Source: a virus (lineage: Duplodnaviria > Caudoviricetes). From it: DNA of 35,775 bases. Positions 26,191 to 35,296 of the stretch are shown piece after piece. A program made the position numbers and the translations under genes. Every line of letters begins with the position of its first letter. Positions within the stretch are counted from its first letter, which is position 1. The DNA lies in IMG/VR virus record IMGVR_UViG_3300034053_000106, positions 1-35,775 of that record, one strand, 5' to 3'. The notes under the pieces were generated by a model that was given only the letters and a program-made list of their open reading frames with translations, was not told the origin of the DNA and did not search any database.

Positions 26191-27057
26191 TTACTCCTGA
26201 GTAGCGGAATGGGGGATGTCGGTGGCTTGGTGGGCCGGGTGCGCGGCACGACGCGCGGAGGCCTGCGCCTGGGCGCACTTGGCGATCAGCTGACCGAGGT
26301 CGGGCGGCTCGACGAGATCGAGGCGCCCCGAGCGGTCTTTCGCCGGGTAACTCCAGGGATTGACGGTGTGGCAGACGAAGGCGCGATAGCTCTCGCCGGC
26401 TTCCGTCTGCAGTTCGGCGAGCGTCACCACTTCGTCCACAATTCCGGGCAACTCGAGCGCGGTCTTGGAGCCCTCGATCTGCGGCACGAAGAACTTCTTG
26501 CCGAAGTCATCGGCGCGCTGATCCAGAATCGCGACGAACACGACGTTCTTGCCGCGGGCGTGCTGCAGATGGGTGAGCGCGCCGATCATTTCCTGGCCCA
26601 GCAAGCCATAGGCGCCGCGCTGATCGGGTTTGCCGGTGCGATCTGAGAATGCCGCGGGTTGGGCTTTCGCCCAGGTCAAGCACAGGCGCGAGAGCGCCGT
26701 GATGCTGTCGACGAAATAGGTTTGATACCGGTCGAGTTGAGCCGGTGCGCCGTACTGCTCGCAGACGTGGGCGTAATGCGCCTGCGAGAACGCGGCCTCC
26801 GCGGGGAGCGCCGGGTTGGGGCCGGCCAGAAAGACGGCGAGGTCACGAAACTCGGGCCAGGTCTTGGGGCGCACGCAGTCGCCGGGCCAGTCGCGCACGG
26901 ACAGGTCGCCGGCCTCGGCATCGACGAACAGGGTCGATTCGGCTGCGAGCGACTTCAGTTGCGTCGTCTTGCCGATGCCGCTCGGCCCGAGCAGGCACAG
27001 CTTCACGCCCGAACGCTCGGCGAGCCGCGCCTCGGCGGTGATGATGGGAAACGCCAT
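26191..27057 (-). CDS. AAA_24 / Sak4-like ATPase
   Basis: Walker A GPSGIGKT, Walker B FVDSIT, AKDRSG. AGGAG RBS before ATG 27057. Confidence 0.85.
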   Translation of the reverse strand: MAFPIITAEARLAERSGVKLCLLGPSGIGKTTQLKSLAAESTLFVDAEAGDLSVRDWPGDCVRPKTWPEFRDLAVFLAGPNPALPAEAAFSQAHYAHVCEQYGAPAQLDRYQTYFVDSITALSRLCLTWAKAQPAAFSDRTGKPDQRGAYGLLGQEMIGALTHLQHARGKNVVFVAILDQRADDFGKKFFVPQIEGSKTALELPGIVDEVVTLAELQTEAGESYRAFVCHTVNPWSYPAKDRSGRLDLVEPPDLGQLIAKCAQAQASARRAAHPAHQATDIPHSATQE

Positions 27058-27062
27058 GATGA

Positions 27063-27308
27063 TTACTCCTGGATATCCGAGGTATGAGTCGCGCAGCGGC
27101 GCTCCCAATCGAGCACGCCGTTTTCTCCTTGCAGCGGATACGAGACGCTGCGGCCGAACTTCACGAAACGCGGCCCCTGTCGCTCAAGCCGCCAGCGCTG
27201 CAGCGTCCGCGGCGATAAGCCCCAGCGCTCGGCCAACTCGCGTTCGCGCAGGTAGGCGCGGTTCGGCGCGGGCTCGGTGGTCGTATGGGCGGCGGGCGCG
27301 CGGTTCAT
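27063..27308 (-). CDS. Excisionase/AlpA-like HTH protein
   Basis: LRERELAERWGLSPRTLQRWR...GPRFVKFGRSVSY. Confidence 0.8.
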   Translation of the reverse strand: MNRAPAAHTTTEPAPNRAYLRERELAERWGLSPRTLQRWRLERQGPRFVKFGRSVSYPLQGENGVLDWERRCATHTSDIQE

Positions 27309-28060
27309 CACGCCACCTCCCGGATCTGCTCGATCACATCGGGCCGCCACAGGATCTGGTAGCCGCTGTGGCCGTGGCGCGAGAACGGAAACGCCTCGCC
27401 GAAAGCCTCGCCGGCGGCGGTCAGCGCCCATTCCTTGCGGTCGTTGCGGTACTGCAGGCCGAGCGCTTCGAGGCGCAGATTCACCGTGCGTGCGGCGAGC
27501 CCCCCCAGCGCTTGGCCCAGTTGGGTCGGGTTCATGGCGGGCGCCGGGGCCTCGAGCGTCGGCAACGCACGACGGATCGCTTCGAGCACAAGGCCCGTGT
27601 TGTCCTGGATCGAGGTCAGCGTCGCGGCCATCGCGATGCCGGCTTTGACGCCGGGTACGCGTGTAACCGCCTCGCCGATCAAGAGCAGCGCGCTGACCTT
27701 GTCTTGCGTCGCGGACGGTAGCGCCGCGACCGAACCCGGCACCGCGTAGGATCCCGTCTTGCGGATCGTGGGCAGGACTTCGTGCGTGACCCAGCGCTTG
27801 AAGCGTTTGGCCTCGGGCTTACGGCTTCCGAGCACGAGGCTGTATACGCCCGGCTCATTGACGACCGTCATATCCTGGATTCCGCCAGGGGTGTGAATTG
27901 AACTCACCCCCTTTTCGTCGTCGTCAAGGCGCTCCAGTGCCTTGCGGTCCAGCGTCAAAACGGCAAGGACATCGGCCACCACGAACTGAAGCTCCCCGCG
28001 CTCATCGTGAATAACGCGAACGGGATGGGACTCGAAATTAAACGCAGTGAGGGCGTTCAT
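27308..28060 (-). CDS. Bro-N domain antirepressor-like protein
   Basis: FNFESHPVR, NEPGVYSLVLGSRKPEAKRFKRWVTHEVLPTIRKTGSY. Confidence 0.88.
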   Translation of the reverse strand: MNALTAFNFESHPVRVIHDERGELQFVVADVLAVLTLDRKALERLDDDEKGVSSIHTPGGIQDMTVVNEPGVYSLVLGSRKPEAKRFKRWVTHEVLPTIRKTGSYAVPGSVAALPSATQDKVSALLLIGEAVTRVPGVKAGIAMAATLTSIQDNTGLVLEAIRRALPTLEAPAPAMNPTQLGQALGGLAARTVNLRLEALGLQYRNDRKEWALTAAGEAFGEAFPFSRHGHSGYQILWRPDVIEQIREVA

Positions 28061-28587
28061 CACTTGCCCTCCCCGACTTGCTTCAGCGAGAACTTCGGCG
28101 CCTTGGGCGTGACCGTGCGAGCGGACTCGAATACGCTGCGAATCGTCTCGGGCCACGCCTTGTACTTGGCCTCGCTGACGCTATAGCGGACTTCGATGTA
28201 CTCGGCCGGATCCTCACCACCTTCGGCAATACGACGGGCGAGTTGCTTGAGCGCCGGCTGCTCCCACTTCACGTCTTTGCCGATCTCGGCAGTGATGTCG
28301 AACCCGGCGTCTGTCAGGTGCGTCACACCCGTGTCGCGACCGCTGGCAAGCAGTTGCAACTTGGCCTGTTCAGCGTAACGCGCTGTGAGAGTCTTGCTGA
28401 CTTCGGCCTGGGCGGTCTTGATGCGGCCGCCGATGCTGTCGAGCAGGTCGATCAGTTCGGCGATCGCCGACACGGGCACGGAGGCGAGCCGCGCGGCGGT
28501 GATGGACTCGAGTTGGAGAACCGTGTTGCCAAGGTCGAGCGCCTCGGCGAGGGGGTGGCCGGCCGGGTGGCCTGTTGCGTGCTGCAT
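28060..28587 (-). CDS. Hypothetical phage protein, first gene of the early operon
   Basis: AAGGA RBS. Motifs KDVKWEQ, GEDPAEYI and VSEAKYKAWP. Confidence 0.75.
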   Translation of the reverse strand: MQHATGHPAGHPLAEALDLGNTVLQLESITAARLASVPVSAIAELIDLLDSIGGRIKTAQAEVSKTLTARYAEQAKLQLLASGRDTGVTHLTDAGFDITAEIGKDVKWEQPALKQLARRIAEGGEDPAEYIEVRYSVSEAKYKAWPETIRSVFESARTVTPKAPKFSLKQVGEGK

Positions 28588-28622
28588 GGCGTTTCCTTTT
28601 CAGGTGGTTGAACAACGCCTGC

Positions 28623-28815
28623 AGTGTCAAAATTCAATGACGAACCGATAACGGACCCAATAGCGAACTGGTGGGAAAGTTGCGGTTCGGAAGTGACGAC
28701 CTGGGACTGGACGACCAGAGCCAGCTATCTAGGGGCTTGGTGAGCGAACTGCGTTGAAACCGAGCCTCAGAAACCACAATGGCGAACCACCCCACCCAGG
28801 AGCGGTTCGCCATTG
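28623..28815 (-). promoter_or_regulatory. Early-operon promoter region with repeated CAATRRCGAACY boxes
   Basis: Boxes at 28635-46, 28646-57, 28658-69, inverted 28684-95, and a perfect 12-bp IR at 28777-88/28804-15. Minus-strand -10-like GACACT at 28623-28628. Confidence 0.6.
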
Positions 28816-28832
28816 ATCACGGCCGGAGAGAA

Positions 28833-29822
28833 TCAGATGGCCGCAGTGATCTCGGGTTTGAACTTAAGAGGCGCCGCACATGGCAGCCAGTACAGCCCTT
28901 CGCGCTGACGGCGTTGCACCAGCCTGTCATAGGCCAACTTCGGGCGCTCGTAACGCGGGTCGCCCTTGTTCTTGTCCTTGACCTTGAAGTTCTCGCTGGG
29001 CCGGGGGCTATCGAGACCCGCCCGATTCATGATCGCTTCGGCCGTTTGTGGCTCGCCCCGGAAGTGCCATAGCGCCTTGAAAATCGCCGCCTGCGCATCG
29101 GAGAGAAAGATCGGATCGTCGGGGGCATCGTCGAGAAACACCCACTTGAAATCAGCCGAGAACAGGCCATGCGTCGGTCCCGCCGGTTCGTCGCCGAGAT
29201 CTGCGACCTCAGCCCCCGGCGGCACGAAGCTGAGCGAACCGCCGAACAGCATGAATCGTTCTTCCAATGACCACCACTGTGCATCACTGCCAAGTACCGT
29301 ACTGTCTACACCCATCAATGGCTTGGGCGTCATCACCCACGGCACCGAATTCCTGCCGATACGGGCACGGCTAAGCACATCGGGATGACGCAGTACCGCG
29401 TCAAGGGAAGGTGCCACGACTACGGGATGACGCTCATAGACCCCGACCCGAACCGCGCCGTGGCTCAGTTCCGCCTCTGCGGCACCATCCAGATTGAGCG
29501 CAGCGCGCACCTTGCGCAGCATCCAGCCTGGCTTGAGTTGCCAGGCCTGCCGGTCCTCATCGGCCAGCGGCACCGGGCCGCATTCCGGACAGTGACAGAC
29601 GTTTTGGCCACCGTCGCCGAACACCGGGCCGCGCTCTTGCTGGCAGTAGGGGCACAATACGAAGCGCAGATCGACCTTGGCGAACTCGACGGCCTTGTCC
29701 TGTTGCAGCCGCGCAAGTCCTCGGCGCTCGGCAGGACTCAAGCTCGATTCACGTACGGGGGCACCCGCCGCAAACAGTCGACACGCCAGTCGCCAACCGG
29801 GCCCCCGCGCGCTATCGGTCAT
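28833..29822 (-). CDS. Hypothetical protein with Zn ribbon and C-terminal winged-HTH-like domain
   Basis: CPYC...CHCPEC, and C-terminal LSDAQAAIFKALW...TAEAIMNRAG...GLYWL. Coupled to the upstream gene (ATGA). Confidence 0.7.
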   Translation of the reverse strand: MTDSARGPGWRLACRLFAAGAPVRESSLSPAERRGLARLQQDKAVEFAKVDLRFVLCPYCQQERGPVFGDGGQNVCHCPECGPVPLADEDRQAWQLKPGWMLRKVRAALNLDGAAEAELSHGAVRVGVYERHPVVVAPSLDAVLRHPDVLSRARIGRNSVPWVMTPKPLMGVDSTVLGSDAQWWSLEERFMLFGGSLSFVPPGAEVADLGDEPAGPTHGLFSADFKWVFLDDAPDDPIFLSDAQAAIFKALWHFRGEPQTAEAIMNRAGLDSPRPSENFKVKDKNKGDPRYERPKLAYDRLVQRRQREGLYWLPCAAPLKFKPEITAAI

Positions 29823-31075
29823 TGCTCGGTCTCAACCAGATCATCGGACGCGACCAGCAGGTCCGGCCGCTCCTCGATGCTGACCTCCTCCATCGATAGC
29901 GTCTGATCGGGGTTCAAGATGCCGACCTCGACCAGATAAGCCTCGAGTTGCTTGCGCAATTTCTCATCGAACTTGTGCAGGTTGAGCCGACCACGACTGG
30001 TAACTTCCACCGTCACCACCTTGGTGCGCTGTTTGCCGGGTTCGGGCGGATAGTAGAGATTGATGCTGGCCGCGCCGATCTGCCAGTGGTGGGCCAGCGG
30101 GTTGTCGTTGGGAAAATTCTGAGCGATCAGATCGGTAACGCATTCATTTTCGCTGCTGGCGGCGGCCGTGAACACGCCCTTGAGCTTTTCGTCGGGCGTA
30201 ATCAAGGTGATCGACTTCACCTGCAGCACCGCAAACCCGTCCTGGATCGCTTGCTGCGCGTGAAATCCTGTACGCAGGCCCGACAGATCCAGCGGCGGCG
30301 GTTTCAGGCGATGGGCGGTGACCGTTACGCCCAGCAGATGCTCGGCGAAAGCAGTGGCCAGCATCTTGTTGTACTTCTCTCCGCCCTTGATCAAGGTGCG
30401 GGCCACGCCGGTGCGCTGGGAGTATTCGATCGCCATATGAATGGTCGGATTTCCGACACGCCGTTGCAGGTGCCCACCATCGAACTCCAGGGATGTGGTC
30501 GCCAGGTCCTTCGCGTGAATGGTCACCAGTTGCGTGCCATGCGCTCGGTCCATCAGGTGACCAACCACCACGTCACCACAATGCAATTCCTTCTCGTAGA
30601 AATGCTGGATGGCCGCGCAGAAGGCGTCCATCGACAGTTTGTCTCTGCGCACCGGCAGGCGCACACCCAAATCGATCTGCTGCGCCTGGCTCACATGACT
30701 ATCAACATAGTCGACATCGCAGGCCCGCTCGAATACATCGGGGTGATGCACAAGCAGCCAGAACGACCGGTGTAGATCGCTGGTGCATGCAACCAATCCC
30801 ATCAGCACAGGGCCATGCGCGACGGCCGCCTGGAACATCGCCGCGTTGGCGCGAACGTGCGTCAGTTGGGTCGCGGTCTGCAAACCAGCGATCACCCGAT
30901 CCCGGATCGCGCCATCGGCGCATGTCTGGATCGCACCGATGATCTGGCGCGACGTGCCCACACTGTCGGTCCAGTCCAGCGTGGTCGGCAGAGGCAGCGC
31001 GCAGCGCCTCAGGTAGGTCTGCAAGGTGGCATCGACGGGAAGTTCGTGCAACACATCTGCGTAGGTCAGTTTCAT
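29819..31075 (-). CDS. Conserved hypothetical protein (418 aa)
   Basis: GGAG RBS before MKLTYADV at 31075. Mixed alpha/beta, no catalytic motif recognised. Confidence 0.75.
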   Translation of the reverse strand: MKLTYADVLHELPVDATLQTYLRRCALPLPTTLDWTDSVGTSRQIIGAIQTCADGAIRDRVIAGLQTATQLTHVRANAAMFQAAVAHGPVLMGLVACTSDLHRSFWLLVHHPDVFERACDVDYVDSHVSQAQQIDLGVRLPVRRDKLSMDAFCAAIQHFYEKELHCGDVVVGHLMDRAHGTQLVTIHAKDLATTSLEFDGGHLQRRVGNPTIHMAIEYSQRTGVARTLIKGGEKYNKMLATAFAEHLLGVTVTAHRLKPPPLDLSGLRTGFHAQQAIQDGFAVLQVKSITLITPDEKLKGVFTAAASSENECVTDLIAQNFPNDNPLAHHWQIGAASINLYYPPEPGKQRTKVVTVEVTSRGRLNLHKFDEKLRKQLEAYLVEVGILNPDQTLSMEEVSIEERPDLLVASDDLVETEQ

Positions 31076-31204
31076 GGTCAGCTCCATTTTTGCTGTTGTT
31101 GTCGTGAAGCTGCAGCCCAAGAACTGTCCAGGCGTGAGCGCGACGACAGGATTTCGGTGAAAGTACAGCAAGCCTTTTAAGTAAAGCCAGACAATACAAA
31201 TGCG

Positions 31205-31232
31205 ATTCTACGCCGGGCTACTCTCTTGTCAA
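31205..31232 (-). promoter_or_regulatory. Near-consensus sigma70 promoter (leftward)
   Basis: TTGACA-N16-TAGAAT on the minus strand. Confidence 0.7.
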
Positions 31233-31268
31233 ACAAATCGAGTACTAATAAACACTCCTGGCTTCTAT

Positions 31269-31277
31269 TGCTATACT
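31269..31277 (+). promoter_or_regulatory. Extended -10 promoter for the repressor operon
   Basis: TGcTATACT, 33 nt before ATG 31311. Confidence 0.5.
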
Positions 31278-31310
31278 TCCTGTGCCACAAAAACTATCGA
31301 GGAACGAAGC

Positions 31311-31661
31311 ATGCAATCCCCATTCGGTAAGCGTTTGCGCGAGTACCGAGAAGCCAAAGGCCTCACTCTGCAGCAAGTGGCCGACGCAGTAGGGTGCACA
31401 AAGGCCTACATATGGGAGCTCGAGATGCGTGAGGGGCAGCGCCCCACCGCTGATCGGCTCAACGCCATCGCCAAGACACTGGACGTCACCGTGCTGCACT
31501 TGCTCGGCGAACCGATCGGCGGTGTAGAAGCGCCCAGTCCCGCGGACGCGAAGTTTTTCCGTGAGTACGCAGGGATGACCGAAGACGAAAAAAACCGATT
31601 TCGTGAAGCGATGCGGCTCATGTTTGGGGGGGCCAAGACAGGGAGTGATAAGGAGTCATGA
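31311..31661 (+). CDS. XRE/Cro-C1 HTH repressor (ImmR/CapH-like, no S24 domain)
   Basis: RLREYREAKGLTLQQVADAVGCTKAYIWELE, 116 aa, GAGG RBS. Confidence 0.9.
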   Translation: MQSPFGKRLREYREAKGLTLQQVADAVGCTKAYIWELEMREGQRPTADRLNAIAKTLDVTVLHLLGEPIGGVEAPSPADAKFFREYAGMTEDEKNRFREAMRLMFGGAKTGSDKES

Positions 31662-32578
31662 GCAATGACGACAGGCTGACCCCGTTCAAGGCAGCCGCCC
31701 GGATCCTGACGTGGTTGGACGCGATCGGACAACTGCAGTTGCCCATTGATCTCGAGTTGATACGACAGATGCTGCCGACAACTCCTTTCGGGAAGGGCAC
31801 CGTAATCAAAGAGCCGGCGCCGATCAGTTGGGGCAGTAGCGAGGGTGCGCTTGTCAGCAACCCCGACAATCCCAACGAGTGGGGCATATTTTTCAATGGC
31901 AAGGCCCGCGCCGAAAGGCAGCGCTTCACCATCGCGCACGAACTCGGACACTTCATCCTTCATCGGGCCATCCAGCCCACCTTCAACTGCGACTCGGAGA
32001 GTGTCTATACGGGCATCGACACCCTCAAGCAGCGTGAGCGCGAAGCTGACGATTTTGCGGCCAACCTATTGATGCCGGGCGACCTCCTGCGTGAGCGCAT
32101 CGCGGGGAGAAAGGTGGATTTCCATCTGCTCGGCGAACTCGCGATGGAGTTCGGTGTGTCGCTCGAGGCAATGTGCATCCGCTTCACGAAGTACACCGAT
32201 CAACGAGCCGTTCTGGTCTATTGGGACTACGGGTACAAGAAATATCAGTGGCGCAGTCCGCAAGCCGTGCGAACCGGCGTCAAACTGCATACCACCGATG
32301 ATCCGGAGGAGCCTATGCCGGGCACGCTAGCGGCTGACAGCCGGATCGATCAGGAATGGAACGGCGTAAAAATGCCAGCCGAAATTTGGTGCTCGTCGGA
32401 ACCGTCGGACATCACACTGCGTGAACTCAAGCACAGCTATCCGGACGGGAACCGTGTGCTTTCATTGTTGATGCTGGAATCGGCTGCACCGCGACCATTT
32501 CGACCAACAGACAGGGAAGATGAGCGAGCGCCCGATACCTACGACCGTTTTATCGAGCGCGGCCAACTGCCCTACTGA
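31658..32578 (+). CDS. ImmA/IrrE family metallo-endopeptidase
   Basis: RQRFTIAHELGH (HExxH), EREADDFAANLLMP, FGVS HTH and a C-terminal extension. Confidence 0.92.
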   Translation: MSNDDRLTPFKAAARILTWLDAIGQLQLPIDLELIRQMLPTTPFGKGTVIKEPAPISWGSSEGALVSNPDNPNEWGIFFNGKARAERQRFTIAHELGHFILHRAIQPTFNCDSESVYTGIDTLKQREREADDFAANLLMPGDLLRERIAGRKVDFHLLGELAMEFGVSLEAMCIRFTKYTDQRAVLVYWDYGYKKYQWRSPQAVRTGVKLHTTDDPEEPMPGTLAADSRIDQEWNGVKMPAEIWCSSEPSDITLRELKHSYPDGNRVLSLLMLESAAPRPFRPTDREDERAPDTYDRFIERGQLPY

Positions 32579-32732
32579 CCTATCTCCGCCACCCTCGCCC
32601 GCAATTCTCTCCCCCGCTTGCAGGGCGGCCGCGCCTTCGCCGGCACGGGCACATCTTCCCCGGCCTCACGGGTCACGGCCGACGCCCACGTGTCACGGTT
32701 CAGCGTCACCTCCAGACGGAAAAATTCAGGAC

Positions 32733-33128
32733 ATGACATTGGAAACACGCTCACACTCGTCAACAACCGATCATGGGACACGGATCGCATTGATCTATGC
32801 CCTCGTCGCCGAGCGCTTGTCCGCATACTACGAGCATGACCAATGGCTGACCGAAGCCCAAGGCGCGAGCCTCTGCGCGGATTGGCTATCTCGATCGAAA
32901 CGGAGCCTGCCGATTGGCGACCGAAAGCATCTGTCCGCCCTGAGCGATCAATTGGCCAGGCACATCGCGGCGTCGCTCTCGCGGGAAGCCGGTCTCTTTA
33001 CCGCCCATGAGATGATGGAATCGCTGGATCCGAACTATGACTCCGACGTCGGCCGATCGCTCATGGTGGAATGCGAACGGTTTCTGGACAGCGCGGCGGC
33101 AACCGAGGCATCAACGAAGCAAACCTGA
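32733..33128 (+). CDS. Hypothetical protein (131 aa)
   Basis: CAGGA before ATG 32733. Helical, protein-like composition. The upstream part of the ORF-track call looks noncoding. Confidence 0.6.
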   Translation: MTLETRSHSSTTDHGTRIALIYALVAERLSAYYEHDQWLTEAQGASLCADWLSRSKRSLPIGDRKHLSALSDQLARHIAASLSREAGLFTAHEMMESLDPNYDSDVGRSLMVECERFLDSAAATEASTKQT

Positions 33129-33291
33129 TCGCAGGCTGGACGCGGGAATTCACCAATCGCCTTGCCATCCGGCACCGTCGTCTCCGCAACCAAGGTCACG
33201 CATCTACTCGCGCCTACCCCACCACACCCAGCGCGCCCGCTTTTGCGGTCATATTATCCATGACGGTCTGAACACTCTCATGGATACCGAA

Positions 33292-33477
33292 ATGACCGTC
33301 GAAACTACTTCTCCCGACCTCCTGACACCGCGCCAGCGTGCCCGTGAGGCTGCCACGATTGTCGCCGCCGCGATTGCACGGTTGCACGCCACCCGGCCGC
33401 GAGAGCGAGATTTTCCGCTTGGCTTCTCGGCCCCCGAGCGCCTTCATACAACTCCGTCTCAACGAGGAGTTATATGA
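33292..33477 (+). CDS. Small hypothetical protein upstream of DUF2924
   Basis: MTVETTSPDLLTPRQRAREAATIVAAAIARL. Its stop overlaps the DUF2924 start. Confidence 0.6.
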   Translation: MTVETTSPDLLTPRQRAREAATIVAAAIARLHATRPRERDFPLGFSAPERLHTTPSQRGVI

Positions 33478-33932
33478 TGAAGGCATCAACCCAGGCGCAA
33501 TCGGTCGCCGCGCGCGTAGCAACTTTGCCGAAGCTGCCGATGAAGGAGCTATGGGCGCTGTGGGACCGCTATTTCCCGCGCCGCCCCAACCACCACAACC
33601 GCGACTACGTCCAGGCCCGCGTCGCCTACAAACTGCAGGAGGAGGCCTACGGCGGTCTCAAAGCGACGGTGCAGCGCCAACTGCTTCGCATCGGCGAAGC
33701 ACAGTCGAAGCTGGGCAAGAAGCCCAACGAGATGCGCATCGCGCCCGGCACCGTCCTCTTGCGTGAGTACGACAACTGCGAGCACCGCGTCACCGTGCGC
33801 GTCGACGGCACCTTCGATTACGACGGGCGTGCCTTCAAGAGCCTGTCGGCGGTGGCGCGCCACATCACCGGCACGCCATGGTCGGGCCCCGTGTTCTTCG
33901 GCCTCGCCAAGACGCAGCGGAGGGCCAAATGA
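33474..33932 (+). CDS. DUF2924 domain protein
   Basis: AYKLQEEAYGGL, PGTVLLREY and KSLSAVARHITGTPWSGPVFFGL. Confidence 0.9.
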   Translation: MMKASTQAQSVAARVATLPKLPMKELWALWDRYFPRRPNHHNRDYVQARVAYKLQEEAYGGLKATVQRQLLRIGEAQSKLGKKPNEMRIAPGTVLLREYDNCEHRVTVRVDGTFDYDGRAFKSLSAVARHITGTPWSGPVFFGLAKTQRRAK

Positions 33933-35296
33933 GTACCATCGTGACCCGCAAGCGCTGCGCGGTGTACGCACGCGTGTCCACCGACGAGCGGCTCGATCAG
34001 TCGTTCAACTCGCTCGATGCGCAGCGGGAAGCCGGCAGTGCCTACATTATGAGCCAGCGTTCGGAAGGCTGGACGCCGGTCGAGGACGACTATGACGACG
34101 GCGGCTACTCGGGCGGCAACATGGAGCGCCCTGCCCTCAAGCGACTCATGGCCGACATCGTCGCCGACCAGATCGACATCGTGGTCGTCTACAAGATCGA
34201 CCGCCTCACCCGCAGCCTCGTCGATTTTGCCAGGCTGATCGAGGTCTTTGAGCGCCACAAGGTGTCCTTCGTGTCGGTGACGCAGCAGTTCAACACGACG
34301 ACCTCGATGGGGCGGCTGATGCTGAACATCCTGTTGTCGTTCGCCCAGTTCGAGCGCGAGGTCACCGGCGAGCGCATCCGCGACAAGATCGCCGCCAGCA
34401 AGCGCAAGGGCATCTGGATGGGCGGCTACGTGCCGCTGGGTTACGAGGTGAAGGACCGGAAGTTGCTGATCGTGGAGCAAGACGCCCGGATCGTGCAGCG
34501 CATCTTCGAGCGCTTTGCCGAGTTGCGCTCGGCCACCGCGGTGTGCCGGGAGTTGGCCGTCGACGGCCTGACCACCAAGCCGACGCGCCTCAAGGACGGC
34601 GGCGTCAAGAACGGCACGCCGATGGACAAGAAGTACCTCGCGAAGCTGCTGCGCAACCCGATCTATGTCGGCGAACTCCGGCACAAGGACACCACTCACG
34701 CTGGTCAGCACGAGCCGATCATCAGCCGGGCGCTGTGGGATCGGGTACAGGCGATCCTCGCCGAGGATGCCCACGAGCGAAAGGGCGAATCCCAGACCCG
34801 CTACAAGACCGATGCCCTGCTGCGCGGGCTGCTTTATGACGCAAACGGTGTGAAGTATTACATCAGCTTCGCGAAGAAGCCGTCTGGCAAGAAGTACCGC
34901 TATTACATGCCGAAGGCGGACGTGCGTTATGGGCACCGCAGCAGCGCCACCGGACTCATCCCGGCTGACCAGATCGAGGAGGTGGTCGTGAATCTGGTGG
35001 TCCAGGCGCTGCAGTCCCCCGAGTCGATCCAGGGCATCTGGGATCAGGTGCGGCGGCAATACCCTGAAGTCGAAGAGCCGACCGTCGTGCTGGCCATGCA
35101 GCGGCTCGCCGCCGTCTGGCCACAGCTGTTCCCCGAGGAGCAGTTGCGCCTGGTGAACCTGCTGATCGAGCGCGTGGTGCTCCTGTCGGACGGGATCGAC
35201 ATTGTATGGCGCGAGTTGGGCTGGAAGGATCTGGCCGGCGAACTGACCGCTGACCGCATCGGCGGCGAGTTGCTGGAGATGGAGGCGACGCCATGA
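33929..35296 (+). CDS. Large serine recombinase (integrase)
   Basis: AVYARVST (catalytic Ser), SGGNMERPAL, VVYKIDRLTRS, AQFERE and recombinase domain NPIYVG...HEPII. Confidence 0.93.
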   Translation: MSTIVTRKRCAVYARVSTDERLDQSFNSLDAQREAGSAYIMSQRSEGWTPVEDDYDDGGYSGGNMERPALKRLMADIVADQIDIVVVYKIDRLTRSLVDFARLIEVFERHKVSFVSVTQQFNTTTSMGRLMLNILLSFAQFEREVTGERIRDKIAASKRKGIWMGGYVPLGYEVKDRKLLIVEQDARIVQRIFERFAELRSATAVCRELAVDGLTTKPTRLKDGGVKNGTPMDKKYLAKLLRNPIYVGELRHKDTTHAGQHEPIISRALWDRVQAILAEDAHERKGESQTRYKTDALLRGLLYDANGVKYYISFAKKPSGKKYRYYMPKADVRYGHRSSATGLIPADQIEEVVVNLVVQALQSPESIQGIWDQVRRQYPEVEEPTVVLAMQRLAAVWPQLFPEEQLRLVNLLIERVVLLSDGIDIVWRELGWKDLAGELTADRIGGELLEMEATP

